A stretch of 64,000 nucleotides of DNA from Macrostomum hystrix (taxonomy: Eukaryota > Animalia > Platyhelminthes): assembly GCA_950097015.1 (NCBI GenBank), contig CATNEN010000010.1, forward strand, positions 2,604,001-2,668,000, in the 5' to 3' direction. This document shows, one piece after another, positions 20,447 through 31,994 of this stretch. The notes below the pieces were generated by a model. That model was not told the DNA's origin. It ran no database searches and saw only the letters and a program-made list of their open reading frames with translations. Position 1 is the first letter of the stretch; every line of letters starts with the position of its first letter. A program made the translations under genes and the position numbers.

Positions 20447-23400
20447 TCAGTGCGGGGCGGCGGCGCCACCTGGAATTGCTGGCCGAATTTCCGCCGTTAA
20501 TTATTTTCTGCGCAACACAGCTACTCATAGTAGCAATGCTAGAGTAGCACTTGCAGCATCTTACCTGATGCTTGCCCAGCGTACGGTGGCGGATAGAGAG
20601 GGTAGGGCGCGGGCTCGAATCCGCGGTTGTCCAATCCCGGCTGACCTGAAATCGCAGATAAGGATTTTCGCTTGTGACCTGAGATGGATAAATAGATGGA
20701 TGGTTGGACGCTTTCTAATGCTCTGTGCAGCTGTTCAGTCCATGGACTGGGGACCCAGCACGGACACCCACATGAATTTCTATCCTAGCTAAAACAGATA
20801 AAAACTTTATAGCTAAGTAAACTAAATCATCAAATATACCTGGCCGCTGCTGCTGCTGCTGCTGCTGGCCATAGTCAAACACCGGATACGGTGGCGGCGG
20901 ATTCGAACCATCGACCTCGGCGCCGATTGTGGCGCTCTTGCTGAGCACCTGTACAGGAGCCACGTAGGTCTGCGCGCTGCTCATACCTGTCAGAAAGCGG
21001 ATGTCTGTGAGTGCTCTGGGATCCATCAGGGAACTGCTTTCAGACTTACCGCTAGCGGCTGAGGCAGACGCCACAGTCCCGCTGCGATGGGAGACAGCCT
21101 TTTGCTTCTTGACACAATAGTAGCCCACGAAACAGACCAGGCCGAAGGCAGTCAGACAGCCGCCGATGATGAGCACAATGGCGACCACGCTGAGACCGCG
21201 GCCCAGAACCCAGGAGCTCGAAGGCCGAGGTGAAAATGACTGCATGATATACTACTGCTACTGATATACTACTGCTACTGATATACTACTGCTACTGATA
21301 TACTACTGCTACTGATATACTACTGCTAATGATATACTACTGCTACTGATATACTACTGCTACTGATATACTACTGCTACTGATATACTACTGCTACTGA
21401 TATACTACTGCTACTGATAAAGTACTGCTACTGATATACTACTGCTACTGATATACTACTGCTACTGATATACTACTGCTACTGTTATACAACTGCTACT
21501 GATATACTACTGCTACTGATAAAGTACTGCTACTGATATACTACTGCTACTGATATACAACTGCTACTGATATACTACTGCTACTGATATACTACTGCTA
21601 CTGATATACTACTGCTACTGATATACTACTGCTACTGATATACTACTGCTACTGATATACTACTGCTACTGATATACTACTGCTACTGATATACTACTGC
21701 TACTGATATACTACTGCTACTGATATACTACTGCTACTGATATACTACTGCTACTGATATACTACTGCTACTGATATACTACTGCTACTGATATATTACT
21801 GCTACTGATATACTACTGCTACTGATATATTACTGCTATTGATATAGTACTGCTACTGATATACTACTGCTACTGATATATTACTGCTACTGATATACTA
21901 CTGCTACTGATATACTACTGCTACTGATATATTACTGCTCGGGTCGCAATCATTTGTGTCCTCAGCTGTGCAAATTGTGTCATTAAAACTACTTCCTCAC
22001 TACTCACTCGTCATAAGCGGGGTCGCAGCAGAACTGCTCAGTCTCATAGCCGCAGCACTTGGTCCAGGTGCTGGGCTCGTCAGATAGGAAGGGACAGCTG
22101 AAGGCGCCGATATAGCTGCCGTTGTCCAGGGCCATGTAGTTGATGCAGGTGGCTCCTGTGGTGGCACAGTGACAATGTGGCAGAGTGACAATGTGTCAGA
22201 GTGACAATGTGTCAGAGTGACAATGTGTCAGAGTGACAATGTGGCAGAGTGACAATGTGGCAGAGTGACAATGTGTCAGAGTGACAATGTGGCAGAGTGA
22301 TAAGGTGACAAGGTGATTTTGGACTTACTGTATCACTGGAATATCAATGTAGATCCAAGGACTACTCAAGTAGACTCAAGTAGTCATTAGACTGAGATCC
22401 ACAGAGTCATTAGACTGAGATCCACAGAGTCATTAGACTGAGATCCACAGAGTCATTAGACTGAGATCCACAGAGTCATTAGACTGAGATCCACAGAGTC
22501 ATTAGACTGAGATCCACAGAGTCATTAGACTGAGATCCACAGAGTCATTAGACTGAGATCCACAGAGTCATTAGACTGAGATCCACAGAGTCGTTAGACT
22601 GAGATCCACAGAGTCGTTAGACTGAGATCCACAGAGTCATTAGACTGAGATCCACAGAGTCATTAGACTGAGATCCACAGAGTCATTAGACTGAGATCCA
22701 CAGAGTCATTAGACTTCTTAGTTCTTGGTTAACGGCTCTTTTATATACTACTCTTTATTATTCTCTTCTTTATTCTGTATTTAGATTAGACGATATGTAT
22801 CGAAATGCGCACCTGATACGCTGCCAGTTGGAGTTCTCCGGTAGCTAAAGTGCGTCGGATACCGGGTGACGTAGGAAAAGTACAGCGCGCCCATCAGCGA
22901 TGGCGACACCCGCCTGGTGTACAGGGGGCCTCTACGGTTTTCGGGGATGAAATTATTTGAGTTAAACAAACTTTGTATTGATTAATTATTAATTTCGACG
23001 AAAGGAACAATTTGATAATGCGTCGAGCTGCAAGAAGCCATGAAAGCTCACCTGTAACTGTAGTAAGAGGAGGAGGATCCTGAATATGATCGAAGTCTGG
23101 ATGATCGGTACCTTGATGAGCTTCTAAATGACCTGGCCGCCTCTGAAACCAAATAGAAACTTGACACGAGTTTGTATTCACATGTATGGGAGAGATTCGC
23201 GACTCCGAGACTCGAGACCGAGGTTCCTGAGCTCGAATCTGCGGCAAGGCCATTCATTTGGGGCGCAGACGCAGAGGGAACGCTTTGGGGGGGACATAAC
23301 GTAAAATTTACGCATATGGGCCTAAGAGGATTGAGGGCCAATGCTTAAGGCTCAGTGAGAGTGTACACTGCCGGCTATGAGAAGTCAGGGCCAATGCTTA

Positions 23401-26400
23401 AGGCTCAGTGAGAGTGTACACTGCCGGCTATGAGAAGTCAGGGCCAATGCTTAAGGCTCAGTGAGAGTGTACACTGCCGGCTGTGAGAAGTCAGGGCAAA
23501 TGCTTAAGGCTCAGTGAGAGTGTACACTGCCGACTGTGAGAAGTCAGGGCCAATGCTTAAGGCTCAGTGAGAGTGTACACTGCCGGCTATGAGAAGTCAG
23601 GGCCAATGCTTAAGGCTCAGTGAGAGTGTACACTGCCGACTGTGAGAAGTCAGGGCCAATGCTTAAGGCTCAGTGAGAGTGTACACTGCCGACTGTGAGA
23701 AGTCAGGGCCAATGCTTAAGGCTCAGTGAGAGTGTACACTGCCGGCTGTGAGAAGTCAGGGCAAATGCTTAAGGCTCAGTGAGAGTGTACACTGCCGACT
23801 GTGAGAAGTCAGGGCCAATGCTTAAGGCTCAGTGAGAGTGTACACTGCCGGCTGTGAGAAGTCAGGGCAAATGCTTAAGGCTCAGTGAGAGTGTACACTG
23901 CCGACTGTGAGAAGTCAGGGCCAATGCTTAAGGCTCAGTGAGAGTGTACACTGCCGGCTATGAGAAGTCAGGGCCAATGCTTAAGGCTCAGTGAGAGTGT
24001 ACACTGCCGGCTATGAGAAGTCAGGGCCAATGCTTAAGGCTCAGTGAGAGTGTACACTGCCGACTGTGAGAAGTCAGGGCCAATGCTTAAGGCTCAGTGA
24101 GAGTGTACACTGCCGGCTATGAGAAGTCAGGGCCAATGCTTAAGGCTCAGTGAGAGTGTACACTGCCGGCTATGAGAAGTCAGGGCCAATGCTTAAGGCT
24201 CAGTGAGAGTGTACACTGCCGGCTGTGAGAAGTCAGGGCAAATGCTTAAGGCTCAGTGAGAGTGTACACTGCCGACTGTGAGAAGTCAGGGCCAATGCTT
24301 AAGGCTCAGTGAGAGTGTACACTGCCGGCTATGAGAAGTCAGGGCCAATGCTTAAGGCTCAGTGAGAGTGTACACTGCCGACTGTGAGAAGTCAGGGCCA
24401 ATGCTTAAGGCTCAGTGAGAGTGTACACTGCCGACTGTGAGAAGTCAGGGCCAATGCTTAAGGCTCAGTGAGAGTGTACACTGCCGGCTGTGAGAAGTCA
24501 GGGCAAATGCTTAAGGCTCAGTGAGAGTGTACACTGCCGACTGTGAGAAGTCAGGGCCAATGCTTAAGGCTCAGTGAGAGTGTACACTACCGGCTGTGAG
24601 AAGTCAGGGCAAATGCTTAAGGCTCAGTGAGAGTGTACACTGCCGACTGTGAGAAGTCAGGGCCAATGCTTAAGGCTCAGTGAGAGTGTACACTGCCGGC
24701 TATGAGAAGTCAGGGCCAATGCTTAAGGCTCAGTGAGAGTGTACACTGCCGGCTATGAGAAGTCAGGGCCAATGCTTAAGGCTCAGTGAGAGTGTACACT
24801 GCCGACTGTGAGAAGTCAGGGCCAATGCTTAAGGCTCAGTGAGAGTGTACACTGCCGACTGTGAGAAGTCAGGGCCAATGCTTAAGGCTCAGTGAGAGTG
24901 TACACTGCCGGCTGTGAGAAGTCAGGGCAAATGCTTAAGGCTCAGTGAGAGTGTACACTGCCGACTGTGAGAAGTCAGGGCCAATGCTTAAGGCTCAGTG
25001 AGAGTGTACACTGCCGGCTATGAGAAGTCAGGGCAAATGCTTAAGGCTCAGTGAGAGTGTACACTGCCGACTGTGAGAAGTCAGGGCCAATGCTTAAGGC
25101 TCAGTGAGAGTGTACACTGCCGGCTGTGAGAAGTCAGGGCCAATGCTTAAGGCTCAGTGAGAGTGTACACTGCCGGCTGTGAGAAGTCAGGGCCAATGCT
25201 TAAGGCTCAGTGAGAGTGTACACTGCCGGCTGTGAGAAGTCAGGGCAAATGCTTAAGGCTCAGTGAGAGTGTACACTGCCGGCTATGAGAAGTCAGGGCA
25301 AATGCTTAAGGCTCAGTGAGAGTGTACACTGCCGGCTATGAGAAGTCAGGGCCAATGCTTAAGGCTCAGTGAGAGTGTACACTGCCGACTGTGAGAAGTC
25401 AGGGCCAATGCTTAAGGCTCAGTGAGAGTGTACACTGCCGGCTATGAGAAGTCAGGGCCAATGCTTAGGGCTCAGTGAGAGTGTACACTGCCGGCTATGA
25501 GAAGTCAGGGCCAATGCTTAAGGCTCAGTGAGAGTGTACACTGCCGGCTATGAGAAGTCAGGGCAAATGCTTAAGGCTCAGTGAGAGTGTACACTGCCGG
25601 CTATGAGAAGTCAGGGCCAATGCTTAAGGCTCAGTGAGAGTGTACACTGCCGGCTATGAGAAGTCAGGGCCAATGCTTAAGGCTCAGTGAGAGTGTACAC
25701 TGCCGACTGTGAGAAGTCAGGGCAAATGTGCGCACCTGTGTGAGTGCGTGGACAGGTGGACAGCGAAATGGAAGCAATTGTATAGTACGGTTTACTCCCA
25801 ATTCGCCGAATTCCGATTCGCCGAAATTCCTGACTCGAATCCTGATTCGCCGAATACTGATTCAATACATCTTGCTTTATCATGAATTAAAACTACACCA
25901 CATAACCATTGCCCTCTTTGAGTGTTGGTCAAATATTGGAACTCTATTTCTATTGTATTGAAATTAATTAAAATAACTAACTTAAATGAACATCACACGT
26001 ACTTCGGAAAAATGCAAAACTTGCTGGACATCCTTGTAGAGCCGAAAGAAAAAGTGTAATGAGGTACGGTAGCTCAGCAAAAATGTTCTTAGCAATTTTC
26101 GATTACAAACAGCTGCCAATGGCAATATGTTACTTCGAAGTGTGAAATTGTACCAGCTTGCTTCCCAAATGATGAAAACGAGAGACACCAAAGCGGCTGC
26201 CATTGCATTGCCGTCGAACTGGCGTTCTTTTCTGTAAACTACCTGGTATAACTGGCTTGTACGAGCTATATTACGAGAGCAATTCCTATATTCAACTCAG
26301 GAGGTGCGTGTTTGGTAATTTTTCGGCAAATAGGGAATTCGGCGAATCGGGAATCGGCGAATCGGGAGTAAACCGTATAGTACACCTGTACACGTAACGT

Positions 26401-26567
26401 ACAGGTGTATCGGATTAGTCAAATAGTTAAATAATTTAAACAAACAGGGCTCTAACTTATAAAAAGATGTTGGCTGTTGCGAATTCACTGTCCAACATAG
26501 ACTTACCCACAGTGCTGGCCGCAGCCAGCAAAGCCATCAGCAGTGCCACAGCTGAGCACAGTCTCAT
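20447..26567 (-). CDS. Shisa-like six-Cys single-pass membrane protein, paralog C, 8 exons, about 278 aa
   Basis: Exons 26567-26507 (MRLCSAVALLMALLAAASTV), 23142-23052, 22931-22813, 22155-22008, 21216-21050 (TM; GAG acceptor), 20986-20840 (NPPPPYP, polyQ), 20645-20565 (PYPLYPPPY) and 20469-20447. Phases join (837 nt). Confidence 0.8.
21247..21938. repeat. 17-bp minisatellite (ATATACTACTGCTACTG), intron 4 of paralog C
   Basis: About 40 copies. Confidence 0.97.
22165..22300. repeat. 16-bp minisatellite (GAGTGACAATGTGTCA)
   Basis: About 8 copies next to the exon 4 acceptor of paralog C. Confidence 0.9.
22382..22714. repeat. 23-bp minisatellite (GTCATTAGACTGAGATCCACAGA), intron 3 of paralog C
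   Basis: About 14 copies. Confidence 0.95.
23195..25775 (+). mobile_element. tRNA-derived SINE copy 2 with an internal satellite expansion
   Basis: ACCGAGGTTCCTGAGCTCGAATCTGCGGCAAGGCCATTCATTTGGGGCGCAG matches copy 1. After the array, AGTCAGGGCAAATGTGCGCACCTGTG matches the 3' part of copy 3. Confidence 0.7.
23335..25727. repeat. 53-bp tandem satellite (GGGCCAATGCTTAAGGCTCAGTGAGAGTGTACACTGCCGGCTATGAGAAGTCA), about 45 copies
   Basis: Highly homogeneous 53-bp period with no spacers. Confidence 0.98.
25788..26375. mobile_element. Non-autonomous DNA transposon (MITE), about 45-bp TIRs, TA-flanked
   Basis: The left end CGGTTTACTCCCAATTCGCCGAATTCCGATTCGCCGAA is the near-inverse of the right end TTCGGCGAATCGGGAATCGGCGAATCGGGAGTAAACCG. 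TATAGTA flanks both sides (25781-25787, 26376-26382). Confidence 0.85.
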
Positions 26568-28954
26568 ATCAGCCGCAATATAGGACCCAGGCTGTGAAAT
26601 CCAGTTCTAGCTCGAGGGTTTTGCTTTATATTCCAGCTTTTTGCAACTGCTTGCGAATGCGTTTTAATCGGGTGACTTATTTATGGTACAGCTCTTAGTT
26701 AGCTGTCAGCTCTAGACAGCAAGCGGTGAGAGCACTAATAGACTTAAGCGACGGTTTGTCAAATTCTGGCAACTCAAATAGCAGCTCCAGTCGGGCAGCC
26801 CTCCCCCCAAGGATCCCCGCCTGTACAATCCGCAGGGAGCTGCGCCAGAGCAAACACAAGCGGCGAGGCAGCAAATTCCTCTCCGTCCCCACGGGCGCGG
26901 ATCTCGACTGTTTCTCCGGATCTCTCTGTCATGCCCTGTGGATTCAACGCACACACACTGTGTTTGCACTTCTTATGCCCATACCTCTAGCTATCATAGC
27001 TCTAATTTATATGTACGGCGCACACCTGGGTATATACATGTAGGTTGACATATATGTGCCCGCATTTGTTCTCATTTACCATCTCGTTGCTAACGACAAC
27101 ACAGGCATGACTGCATGAATCGATAAAGGAAGAGGTCTTCACCTATATGAGTTCAATGACTTTATATGTACTTTATTTTAGGAAGAGTACGGTTGGGAAA
27201 CTGGTCTCAAACGATGAGTGTGCAGCTCTGACTGCATGGTCTACGGTGCAGAGTTCCACTTTAACTCTTAATACATTGTGATTTTCATCTGGAACTACAG
27301 ATCATTCAGCAAAAAGTATGCAACATAAGGTTGTATTTTTAATTAAAGAGTGTCTTCAGGGCATAAAAATGTATCAAAACAAACACTAAAAGTATTTTCG
27401 CTCTGGAAGTCAAATGGCGGCGCGGGGAAACAGGACAAACTTTTCTTTCGCTTAGTGCACTGAATTTCCACCATCACCGAGTAATAAAAAATAACGCAGT
27501 TAAAAAAACCTCGTGGGAAATCTACGCGCGAAAGTTCTGGCAGGGTAAATAGCGCAAATGTAAGATCACGATGGGAATGGGAATATGTTCCCATATGAAC
27601 ATATCATATGGGAAAGCTACAGCAGAAATTTTTCGCGTTGGTTACTTATAGCTCGTATCATAGATTTTTCCGACATTGACGAAATCGATTCACTTTAATA
27701 CTCGTACCAGGAACAAAATATAAAAGCACCACTTTAAAGAGACAATATTGAGAGCCTAATACTTAAATCGCTTTCGTTAATATTTTACTATTCCATTATT
27801 TGCTTATACCATTAAAGTAACGTCATATTTTTGCATTTAATATATTTAAGTTTAAGTAAGTCGCACGAAAATTACAAAATCAGGGTCCACGTGCTTTTCA
27901 GAACGATTGATTGGATTGTGCAGTCAAGTGTGACAAGCTCTACAGTGTTTTAAAAAAACTAATATCCAATGCAAGAAATAAATTTTGCGGTGAACTTTCA
28001 CATAGACTTTATTTTCATGCATATTTTGGCTCATTAGGCCCTACTTAACAAATCATTTAACTACATGCCTTTTATTTATGACATGAGCAGGCCTATCCTA
28101 TCCACAGAGACACCTTAAATTGAATATATTACAACTAGCTACTAAATTGAGACACCTTAAATTGTGCAAAAAAGTTGGGTGACACCAGAGCAGGTTGTTA
28201 ATACAATAATGGCTCTACATTGTTCTTATGTTTGAAAACTCTTTTACTATAGATATTGTGCAAAACATTAAAATACAAGCAAATGTTGTGACTACATTTT
28301 AGACCATTAAATTCTGAATTCTAGTGTGAATTAAGTAGGCCTAATTTTCATGCAGTGAATTAGATTTGTGGGTATACCAAGTTGTTTATTTTTTAATAGG
28401 CCTTGCCTAGCCTGATGATTATGTTAAACTAATAGGAAAAGTTAACAATGTGCAGATGGCATCCAGCAAGCTTTTGTAGAGTTTGCAAAGTATAGCACAT
28501 GGGATTGTATGGACACATTGTCATGTAGGGCTTACTATTGTCATATGCAATCATCAGGGTAAAATTAGTTAAAATTGATTATAAAGTGCAAATATATAGG
28601 TTTTGAACATTTATTTCAGTAGGGATATTAAATTTCTGCAAAGTGCAAGAATTTAAATCTAGGCCCTATATCATGTTAATGTTTCTTGGAATCTTTCGTG
28701 CTGTTTGACAAGGAAAGGTGGCATCAACCTTGACTGATGAACAAAATGTGCTGAAATTTAGCATTTCAGCGGATAAGATTCTGAATGTTCCAACTCCTAT
28801 TTAGTCTGTCATTTTGCATTGAATCAAACCCTTTTAAGCACAAATCAATTGTAATAATTGTGTGAAGCATTGTGCATCAGAACTCACGGCTCTGAAATCG
28901 CAGAAATTATTTCTTATTAGGAAAGACTAAACTTGCTTCCAACTGCAGCCAGCC

Positions 28955-31751
28955 ATGCTACTGGACAGAACTGAAGCGAGCTTTGCTGAAATCCGAGCAG
29001 CCGAATCGTGGCAGAATCAGCTGATGGCACAGCCACACAATGCACCCTTGTTGGCTCTGATGCGAGCTATCGATGAGGAATGCTGGCATCCCGGCCTGTC
29101 GCTTGTAGCAGATCCCCAAGCAGCCTGTCTCTACGCCTATTTTCTTCCACTGGAGGGCCTGGACCGGCACCCGATGGATCACTATTGGCGATTCGAGCCG
29201 CAGCTGGACCTGCTGCCCGAAGCCGCTGAGGAGCTGGCTGCTCAGGTGCTGGCAGAAATTGAAGCGGACTCTGTGAGGATTATGGATGAGCAGGGCGGAG
29301 ATGGAGGTGAGTGGTGAGCTGAAGGCAGTTTTCAAAGAACACCCTGCATACTCCCTTGACACTTCCTGATCCCATTATGCCGCAGCGTCGGCGCAGGACA
29401 GTCGACCAATAGCCTTCCCGCTGAGCCGGCAACACGCCGACCTGACCGCCGAAGAGCTGGGCGACCAGAGGCTGACAGAGCTGGCCTGCTGGCCCCGCCT
29501 GCTGCCCTGCATCGCCGGGCTCGGGGCCGAGCTGACCATCGGCATGGCGGTGCTGGCCGTGTCGCCAGACGGCGTACAAATCAACCTGCGCCTCGTGACC
29601 AATCAGATGCCCGAGCACTACCGTCACGTGACCGCCGAAGCTGCGGCCGAGGCGTGTGTCAGGCAGGCGAACGAGCGGCTTCGCAAGGAGACACTCGGCG
29701 AGCCGCTTTTGGAGGTCGCGGCGACTGCCGGCGATGGCGACAGCGGGGTCGGTCTGGTGAGTTGGCCGGGTTGGTTTGATTAAGTGGAGTCTTCGGTGTG
29801 ACAGCAATGTGGCCTTAGCGCATTACCCAACTGGTTGTGGGGATCAGTGCATCCGATTCCTCATTGGGATTCCTGGGTTGCGGGGATCTGTGCATCCGAT
29901 TCCTCATTGGGATTCCTGGGTTGTGGGAATCAGTGCATCCGATTCCTCATTGGGATTCCTGTGTTGTGGGGATCAGTGCATCCGATTCCTCATTGGGATT
30001 CCTGGGTTGCGGGGATCAGTGCATCCGATTCCTCATTGGGATTCCTGGGTTGCGGGGATCAGTGCATCCGATTCCTCATTGGGATTCCTGGGTTGTGGGG
30101 ATCAGTGCATCCGATTCCTCATTGGGATTCCTGGGTTGCGGGGATCAGTGCATCCGATTCCTCATTGGGATTCCTGGGTTGTGGGGATCAGTGCATCCGA
30201 TTCCTCATTGGGATTCCTGGGTTGTGGGAATCAGTGCATCCGATTCCTCATTGGGATTCCTGAGCTGCGGGGATCAGTGCATCCGATTCCTCATTGGGAT
30301 TCCTGGGTTGTGGGGATCAGTGCATCCGATTCCTCATTGGGATTCCTGGGTTGTGGGGATCAGTGCATCCGATTCCTCATTGGGATTCCTGGGTTGCGGG
30401 GATCAGTGCATCCGATTCCTCATTGGGATTCCTGGGCTGTGGGGGATCAGTGCATCCGATTCCTCATTGGGATTCCTGGGTTGTGGGGATCAGTGCATCC
30501 GATTCCTCATTGGGATTCCTGGGTTGTGGGGATCAGTGCATCCGATTCCTCATTGGGATTCCTGGGTTGCGGGGATCAGTGCATCCGATTCCTCATTGGG
30601 ATTCCTGGGTTGTGGGGATCAGTGCATCCGATTCCTCATTGGGATTCCTGGGTTGTGGGGATCAGTGCATCCGATTCCTCATTGGGATTCCTGGGTTGCG
30701 GGGATCAGTGCATCCGATTCCTCATTGGGATTCCTGGGTTGCGGGGATCTGTGCAACCGATTCCTCATTGGGATTCCTGGGTTGTGGGGATCAGTGCATC
30801 CGGTGACCCCAGCATTCTGAATAAACACACCGCATGTTTACCGGCCGCCCCCCCGTTTCCAGGTGCACCGCTTGACTCGGCGCCACTCAGACCGCATGCT
30901 GGCCGGCCTGGCCCTGATGCAGCCGGCTGTCTGGTGTCCGGACCTGCTGGCCCGCCTGCCCGGACAGTCGCTGGTGGCTGTCTGTCCCAGCCTGGACTGC
31001 CTGGCCGTCTGCTCGCCACACGACCACGCGGCCACCGCCCAGCTCAGCTTGGCATTCCTGACTGCCTTCAACGATCAGGCATGTCGGGCGTCGCGCCTGC
31101 TGTCCCGGCCTGTGCGCTACGATGCCAGCCGCGGCCGCTGGAGCTTCTACACGCCGGACAGTGCCAAGCAGGTGGGTATCGACGCCTCCGTGACACCTGC
31201 TGAGTACTTTATGCTGAACTCATCCTTGGAGCTCCGAGTGTAGAGTAGAACTTAGAAGACCACTCCCCGCCCCCATTTTCTGGACCAGTTTGGACTGACT
31301 GGCTATCCCACATATATACTAGACAGATATGCAACTGCCAGATGTGCAGCCGACAGCACAGCCGCAGCTATAGCGCGGCGCATCTGAAGACTGCGTACGG
31401 CTGTTCAGTCCATGGACTGGGAGGGACGCCACACCCACCCTCAATTACCCCAGCTAATACTCATCCCTCTGTCACTGCACGCAGGAGTTCCCGGTGCCGA
31501 CCACCCGGGCGCAGCTGGAGGAGTACCTGGCCTGTCTGACAGCCCGCCAGCTCGAGCTGTCCTACCGCGCAGGGGTCACGTCACGGGCCGCGCTGGTTCG
31601 CGAGCGCTGCCACGCCTGCGGCAAGGCTGCTGAGTCAGCGCCGGCCTCCAAGCTGATGGCCTGCACCGGCTGCGGCGGCCGGCGGCTCTACTGCGACCGG
31701 CGTTGTCAGCGGGCGCACTGGCGGCTGCACAAACTAGAGTGCGGCAAATGA
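28955..31751 (+). CDS. MYND-type zinc finger protein, 4 exons, about 432 aa
   Basis: Exons 28955-29306, 29386-29756, 30863-31171 and 31485-31751 join in phase (1299 nt). C-terminal CHAC...CTGC...YCDRRCQRAHWRLHKLEC is a MYND finger. Confidence 0.85.
29836..30800. repeat. 43-bp minisatellite (GGGGATCAGTGCATCCGATTCCTCATTGGGATTCCTGGGTTGT), intron 2 of the MYND gene
   Basis: About 22 copies; source of ORFs 29776-30820. Confidence 0.97.
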
Positions 31752-31994
31752 TGTATGCAGTCCACCCTCTGCCATGCTGCGCTAAACTCTTTGCACTGCT
31801 TTTCTGCATTTCCGTGCCTAATGACTTTTACAGGAAAGCTTGCAAGCCCCCCTCTCCGAAGCTGCATTTCTGAACTTCAGAATTCACGAGAATAAGTTCA
31901 ATAAATAATAGTTCAGAATAACTTACTTCAGTTCAAGTAATAAAATTACTCGTCATTTCATAGCCTTAAATTTCTTATTGCATTCTGAAAAGGT

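Noticed and set aside
20715-21245. Single-exon 176-aa membrane protein
   Set aside because: It is exons 5-6 of paralog C read through a 63-nt stop-free intron (GTAAGT at 21049, CAG at 20987).
23335-25727. CRISPR-like array (also considered for the 33-, 43- and 47-bp arrays)
   Set aside because: Units are contiguous with no unique spacers, no cas genes are present, and the context is eukaryotic and intronic.
26695-27043. Overlapping short ORFs upstream of paralog C
   Set aside because: No family signal or splice support; more likely 5'UTR or promoter sequence.
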